Shown: one piece after another, positions 27,817 to 32,000 of the stretch | How positions within the stretch are numbered: the stretch's first letter is position 1 | Layout of the letters: the number at the start of each line of letters is the position of its first letter | Origin: Neisseria iguanae | GTDB taxonomy: Bacteria; Pseudomonadota; Gammaproteobacteria; Burkholderiales; Neisseriaceae | Length of the DNA stretch: 32,000 nucleotides | Assembly: GCF_003013245.1 (NCBI RefSeq) | Contig: NZ_PXYY01000001.1 | Location: 31,473 to 63,472 of the forward strand | Direction: 5' to 3' | Program-made: the position numbers and the translations under genes | Notes under the pieces: generated by a model | Seen by the model: only the letters and a program-made list of their open reading frames with translations | What the model was told of the DNA's origin: nothing | Database searches by the model: none

Positions 27817-27875
27817 AATAGCCAACTATTAAACATAAAATAATTAACATACTATATATTTATATAGCAAGCTAT
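27817..27875. promoter_or_regulatory. Two related palindromes in the b561/MarR divergent intergenic region
   Basis: AATAG-CCAA-CTATT (27817-27830) and ATAGC-AA-GCTAT (27864-27875). These are candidate MarR operators. Confidence 0.35.
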
Positions 27876-27927
27876 TTATATTTTACTGGTGAAATTCTTT
27901 AATTAATTGTTTTACAAGTAAATTTTT

Positions 27928-28371
27928 ATGCAAAAAACAACGTCTGCAGGCTATTTGATGAACCACATCGCCCGCCAATTCGCCATTTTGTTAAATGAAG
28001 GGCTTAACCCTTTAGGCGTGTCGCCTGCCCAATTCCCCATTTTGCTGACCCTGTGGGAACAAGACGGACTGAGCCAAAATGAACTCGTGGAAATTGCCGA
28101 TTTAAAGCAAGCGACCATTGCCAATACGCTTGCCAGAATGGAGCGAGACGGCTTGATTGTGCGAATACCCCACCCAACGGACGCACGTATTCGCCTGATT
28201 AAACTGACCAACCATGCTAAAGATTTGCAAGAAAAAGCCACCGTCATCGCCCAAAATATCAACCAAACCGCCTTGTCGGTGCTGACGGACGATGAACAGG
28301 AGGTATTTATTCGCATGATGAATAAAGTAGTGGCACAGCAAAAATTGATGATAAAAAATAAGGCTGGTTGA
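27928..28371 (+). CDS. MarR-family transcriptional regulator
   Basis: ...VSPAQFPILLTLWEQDGLSQNELVEIADLKQATIANTLARMERDGLIVRIPHPTDARIRLIKLTNHA..., 147 aa. There is no obvious RBS, so the start could be a downstream Met. Confidence 0.85.
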   Translation: MQKTTSAGYLMNHIARQFAILLNEGLNPLGVSPAQFPILLTLWEQDGLSQNELVEIADLKQATIANTLARMERDGLIVRIPHPTDARIRLIKLTNHAKDLQEKATVIAQNINQTALSVLTDDEQEVFIRMMNKVVAQQKLMIKNKAG

Positions 28372-28492
28372 ATTTTTTATAAAAAATACCGCTCAATTTT
28401 AGACGGTGTTCTAACCTTACTCTTTTTTTGTAAAAATCCCAAAGATAACAGGCCGTCGAAAGCATTATATTTTTCAGATGAGTTGGATAATA

Positions 28493-29365
28493 ATGAACAC
28501 CTTAATCGAAAACCTTTTGGAACATCTCTGGCTCAACCACCGCTTAAGCCAAAATACACTTCAAAGCTACCGTCTGGATTTGGAAAAAGTCGCGGCACGC
28601 TTACGCCATAAAAAGCTTGATTGGTTGAATGTCGCGCGCGAAGATTTGGCAGAAGCGGTGTATGATGCGGTTGAAAAACCGAGTTCGCAAGCACGGGCAT
28701 TGTCGGCATGTAAAAGGCTGTATGCATGGCTGGAAGAAACTGAGCAGCGAAGCGACAATCCTACCGTATTTTTAAAGGCACCCAAGCAGGCACAAAAATT
28801 ACCGAAGCTGATTACCGAAAACCAAATCGACAAGCTGCTGGGTGCTCCTGATACCGACACACCGCACGGTTTGCGCGACAAGGCATTATTGGAAGTGATG
28901 TACGCTACCGGCTTGCGCGTGACCGAAGCGGTGAAATTGCAGGTTGGCGACATTGATTTGAACAAAGGCTGGATTCGCACCATTGGTAAGGGCGGTAAGC
29001 AGCGTCTAGTGCCGTTGGGTGGTGAGGCAGTGTATTGGATTGAACGTTATCAGCAGGAAGCGCGCCCATTATTGCTGAAAGAAAAAATGTGCGGTGAATT
29101 GTTCGTCAGCCAAAAGCGTGTCGGCATTTCCCGCCAACTGGCGTGGATGATTGTGAAAGAATACGCCGAAGCAGCAGGTATGACTACATTGAGCCCGCAC
29201 GGACTGCGTCATGCATTTGCCACGCATCTGGTTAATCACGGCGCTGATTTGCGCGTGGTGCAAACTTTATTAGGGCATGCCGACATCAGCACGACTCAAA
29301 TTTACACCCACGTTGCCAACCAACGCTTAAAAAGCATAGTCGAGCAACATCATCCGAGAAACTGA
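28493..29365 (+). CDS. xerD: Site-specific tyrosine recombinase XerD
   Basis: MNTLIENLLEHLWLNHRLSQNTLQSYRLDLEKV...ATGLRVTE...HGLRHAFATHL...LLGHADISTTQIYTHV, which carries the R-H-R-Y catalytic signature. Confidence 0.9.
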   Translation: MNTLIENLLEHLWLNHRLSQNTLQSYRLDLEKVAARLRHKKLDWLNVAREDLAEAVYDAVEKPSSQARALSACKRLYAWLEETEQRSDNPTVFLKAPKQAQKLPKLITENQIDKLLGAPDTDTPHGLRDKALLEVMYATGLRVTEAVKLQVGDIDLNKGWIRTIGKGGKQRLVPLGGEAVYWIERYQQEARPLLLKEKMCGELFVSQKRVGISRQLAWMIVKEYAEAAGMTTLSPHGLRHAFATHLVNHGADLRVVQTLLGHADISTTQIYTHVANQRLKSIVEQHHPRN

Positions 29366-29415
29366 GTTTCAGAGGGCCTTAAATCAGAAGGCCGTCTGAA
29401 CATTGGAGAGGTATT

Positions 29416-29844
29416 ATGAAAACCAGCGCACGCAATCAATTTGCCGGTGTAGTAAAAAGCATTCAAACTGGCGGTATTCACAGCCAAGTAGTATTGGTTT
29501 TGCCGAGCAATCATGAATTGGTCGTCACCATTACCAGCGAAAGCTGCGCCGAATTGGGCTTGAAAGTAGGCGTTACGGCGATTGCTTTGGTTAAATCCAC
29601 CAACATCATTATTGCCACTGATTTGGACAACATCAAACTTTCTGCCCGCAACCAGCTTAAAGGCATCATCACCCACGTCGAACGAGGTGCGGTCAATTCG
29701 ATTGTCACTTTGGATTTAGGCAATCATATCTATATCCATGCGGGGGTTACCGTGCAAAGTACCGAGCAGCTTGATTTGCACCCGGGCCAATATGCCACGG
29801 CGGTATTTAAAGCGGGGAGTGTGATTTTAGGTGTGTTGGCTTAA
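29416..29844 (+). CDS. Molybdenum-pterin/molybdate-binding di-TOBE (Mop/ModG-like) protein
   Basis: Two repeats each starting SARNQ(F/L) (MKTSARNQFAGVVKSI... and KLSARNQLKGIITHV...), 142 aa. RBS GGAGAGG. Confidence 0.8.
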   Translation: MKTSARNQFAGVVKSIQTGGIHSQVVLVLPSNHELVVTITSESCAELGLKVGVTAIALVKSTNIIIATDLDNIKLSARNQLKGIITHVERGAVNSIVTLDLGNHIYIHAGVTVQSTEQLDLHPGQYATAVFKAGSVILGVLA

Positions 29845-29860
29845 TGATGCAGCGTTAATA

Positions 29861-29899
29861 AGGCCGTCTGAAAACAGATTATGTTTGCAGACGGTTTTT
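29861..29899 (+). terminator. DUS-based rho-independent terminator after mop
   Basis: CCGTCTGAAAAC / GTTTGCAGACGG with one mismatch, followed by TTTTT. Confidence 0.7.
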
Positions 29900-30042
29900 A
29901 CTTGTAAATCAGTTGTTTGTATATATTTGAGTAATTTTATTAAGATTTGAAATCCAATAAAAAAATTCCAATAGTTTTGTACTTTTAAGCGATTGCAATA
30001 GAAACTGTTTTTATTTATATTTATGTTTAAGAATAAAACTAA

Positions 30043-30058
30043 ATCTCATTATTGAGAT
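30043..30058. promoter_or_regulatory. Palindrome ATCTCA-TTAT-TGAGAT upstream of bfd; candidate Fur-type box
   Basis: Perfect 6-bp arms, AT-rich context, 19 nt upstream of the bfd ATG. The resemblance to the GATAATGATAATCATTATC Fur consensus is only partial. Confidence 0.3.
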
Positions 30059-30076
30059 GGAATCAGGAGCACGCAC

Positions 30077-30280
30077 ATGTTTGTATGCATTTGTAACGCC
30101 ATTACTGACCACGACATCAAAGAATCTGTTGCTGCAGGTGCGGTGACCATGAGTGATTTGCAAGACCAATTGGGTGTGGCAACTTGTTGCGGCTGTTGCA
30201 GCGATTTGGCCGCTTCATTCCTGAATGCCGGAACATCCGCGCAAACCACAGTAACTGCGGGGATTACCATTCAAGCCTGA
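30077..30280 (+). CDS. bfd: Bacterioferritin-associated ferredoxin
   Basis: MFVCICNAITDHDIKE...ATCCGCC, the C-x-C...C-x2-C [2Fe-2S] motif, 67 aa. RBS AGGAG. Confidence 0.9.
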   Translation: MFVCICNAITDHDIKESVAAGAVTMSDLQDQLGVATCCGCCSDLAASFLNAGTSAQTTVTAGITIQA

Positions 30281-30296
30281 GTCGGAGAATGCATCA

Positions 30297-30354
30297 AGGC
30301 CGTCTGAAAAGCTTTTTAAATCTGATGATTTCAAAAAGTTTTTCAGACGGCCTT
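30297..30354 (+). terminator. Long inverted DUS pair terminator after bfd
   Basis: AAGGCCGTCTGAAAAGCTTTTT / AAAAAGTTTTTCAGACGGCCTT, 22-bp arms with one mismatch. Confidence 0.7.
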
Positions 30355-30652
30355 TCAATTTCGGGTGAGAGATAAGATAGTGTAAAAAAGTACGCCGTTC
30401 GATGCGGTTTAAGTTTACCGTTGTAACAGAAAATATTTGGGAATCATTAAAAATAAGTTGCTGGTTTTTGGAAATTTGACTATTCTTGACACCTGCTTTA
30501 CATTTTTGTAGCGAAACCGTTGGCGTTGTTAAAGCAGCTGACTTTGGTTTTATTGTGAAAAGTAAAGATGAAATCGGTCATGTATGCGGTTTGTTCAAGC
30601 CGATATTGCGCATGATGTTTTATTGTACAGATAAGAAAAACAGGTGTTACAC

Positions 30653-31984
30653 ATGAATTCTTCAGGAAATCAAAAGGCATCACTGTGGGCCGTGGGTCTG
30701 ATGCTGTTTGCTTTGTTTTTTGGCGCGGGTAATTTGATTTTCCCTGCTTTTTTGGGACAACAGGCTGGTGAAAATTGGTTTTCCGCCATGCTCGGCTTTT
30801 TGCTGACCGGTGCAGGGTTGCCTTTATTGGGGGTGATTGCGATTGGTTATTCCAATTCGCGCGATGTGCAGGTATTGGCATCACGTGTGACGCCTTTATA
30901 CGGTATTTTATTTGCTTCGGCTTTGTATTTGGCCATTGGCCCTTCGTTTGCCACGCCGCGTACGGCAACGGTATCGTTTGAAGTCGGTATCGTGCCGTAT
31001 ATCAGCGAAGAAAGCAAAACGTTGGGTCTGGCATTATTCAGCTTGTTCTTTTTCGGCGTCGCTTATTGGCTGTCGTTGTCGCCGGGCAAACTGGTGAGCC
31101 GTATTGGTAAAGTCCTGACACCTGTGTTGTTAGTGACGATTACTGTTTTGATGGGTTACGCCGTTATGAATCCGATGGGCGGGGGCGGGCTGACCGCGCC
31201 GCAGGGTGATTTTGCGGTTCGTCCGTTCGTCAAAGGTATTTTGGAAGGTTACGGCACCATGGATGCGTTGGCATCGTTGGTTTTTGCCATCATTGTGATT
31301 GATGCCGTGCGCGCCATGGGTGTAGATGACCGTGCCGAATTGCTGCGCACTACGACTGTTTCCGGAGTGGTGGCCGCTACTTGCTTGGCATTCGTTTACC
31401 TGATGATCGGCTATATGGGGGCGACCAGTGTCGCCGGCTTGGGCGTGCAGGAAAACGGCGCGGCGGTATTGTCGAAAACGGCGCAATATTACTTTGGCAA
31501 CGGCGGCAATATCCTGCTGAGCGTCATCGTTTTCTTGGCTTGTTTGAGTACTGCGATTGGCTTGATTGTGGCCAACGCAGAATTTTTCAACCGCTTGTGT
31601 CCTGGCATTCCCTACAAAACTTTTGTGGCTATTTTTACCTTGGTGTCTATGGGTTTTGCCAACAAAGGTTTGGCCGGTATCATCAGCTTCTCGATTCCGG
31701 TGTTGATGTTGCTGTATCCGCTGACAGTGGTGATTATTTTACTGGCGTTTTTGCACAATTTGTTCGGTGGCGGACGCATCGTCTATATCTGTACGATTTT
31801 CTTTACTTTGATTGTCGGTATTTTAGATGCCTATAAAGCAGCATTCGGTTTCAGTGATAACACAGCTGCAGCCGTCAACAACGTATTGCCGTTATACGAC
31901 ACCGGTTTGGGCTGGGTTGTGCCTGCGGTGGCCGGTTTTATTTTGGGCTGTATTTTGAATGCGGTGTTTAAAAAGAAAACATAA
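30653..31984 (+). CDS. brnQ: Branched-chain amino acid transport system II carrier protein
   Basis: ...GLMLFALFFGAGNLIFPAFLGQQAG... is the BrnQ N-terminal signature, with a 12-TM body, 443 aa from ATG 30653. Confidence 0.9.
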   Translation: MNSSGNQKASLWAVGLMLFALFFGAGNLIFPAFLGQQAGENWFSAMLGFLLTGAGLPLLGVIAIGYSNSRDVQVLASRVTPLYGILFASALYLAIGPSFATPRTATVSFEVGIVPYISEESKTLGLALFSLFFFGVAYWLSLSPGKLVSRIGKVLTPVLLVTITVLMGYAVMNPMGGGGLTAPQGDFAVRPFVKGILEGYGTMDALASLVFAIIVIDAVRAMGVDDRAELLRTTTVSGVVAATCLAFVYLMIGYMGATSVAGLGVQENGAAVLSKTAQYYFGNGGNILLSVIVFLACLSTAIGLIVANAEFFNRLCPGIPYKTFVAIFTLVSMGFANKGLAGIISFSIPVLMLLYPLTVVIILLAFLHNLFGGGRIVYICTIFFTLIVGILDAYKAAFGFSDNTAAAVNNVLPLYDTGLGWVVPAVAGFILGCILNAVFKKKT

Positions 31985-32000
31985 TTTGTTTGCTGGATAA

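Noticed and set aside
30498-30968. 156-aa minus-strand ORF
   Set aside because: It is antisense to the brnQ start and leader. The composition is biased (K/P/Q/T-rich) and there is no RBS.
1-32000. CRISPR arrays, Correia (CREE) elements, dRS3 repeats, IS elements and known defence genes
   Set aside because: There are no regularly spaced direct repeats, no TATAGTGGATTAA-type terminal repeat, no ATTCCC-N8-GGGAAT pair and no transposase-like ORF. No ORF has nuclease, helicase or methylase-restriction signatures apart from housekeeping enzymes.

Overview
This is a chromosomal window from a member of the Neisseriaceae, most likely a commensal Neisseria. By eye there are about 19 exact copies of the 12-mer AGGCCGTCTGAA (the AG dialect of the DNA uptake sequence, DUS), three ATGCCGTCTGAA-type copies and several one-mismatch variants. 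Many sit as inverted pairs that double as terminators. The N-termini of NqrA, RpsA, RlmN and HisS match what I remember of Neisseria orthologues.

Most of the window is core genome:
- nqrA (5' part, runs off the left edge), a frameshifted aldo/keto reductase, a small GNAT, ribBA, a DUF4230 protein, uraA, cmk-rpsA-ihfB and zapE.
- The conserved backbone ndk-rlmN-pilW-rodZ-ispG // hisS-yfgM-der-hfq. It has no bamB, as expected for Neisseria, and is split by a 3.6 kb insert.
- A YtqB-type methyltransferase, sirB2, folK, a deoxynucleoside kinase, bcp, xerD, a di-TOBE Mop protein, bfd and brnQ.

I found no rRNA, tRNA, CRISPR array, transposase, integrase other than xerD, or recognisable defence gene.

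Four things are not ordinary:
1. A Cro/CI-type HTH domain reads in frame, with no stop codon, into ribBA. A good sigma70 promoter and two palindromes lie upstream of the HTH start.
2. A 1.6 kb stretch (2021-3660) has no assignable genes. It holds decayed protein-coding fragments, an AT-rich block and a GC-rich block open in all six frames.
3. There are two separate MarR plus short cytochrome b561 modules, and each carries a lesion (a compensating double frameshift in one, an in-frame amber codon in the other). One module also encodes an ABM-domain lipoprotein.
4. A perfect 28-bp inverted repeat encloses a DUS hairpin.

I do not see a convincing, complete novel multi-gene system. The HTH-RibBA fusion and the MarR/b561/ABM-lipoprotein operon are the best leads. 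All family assignments come from motif recognition and memory, not from searches.
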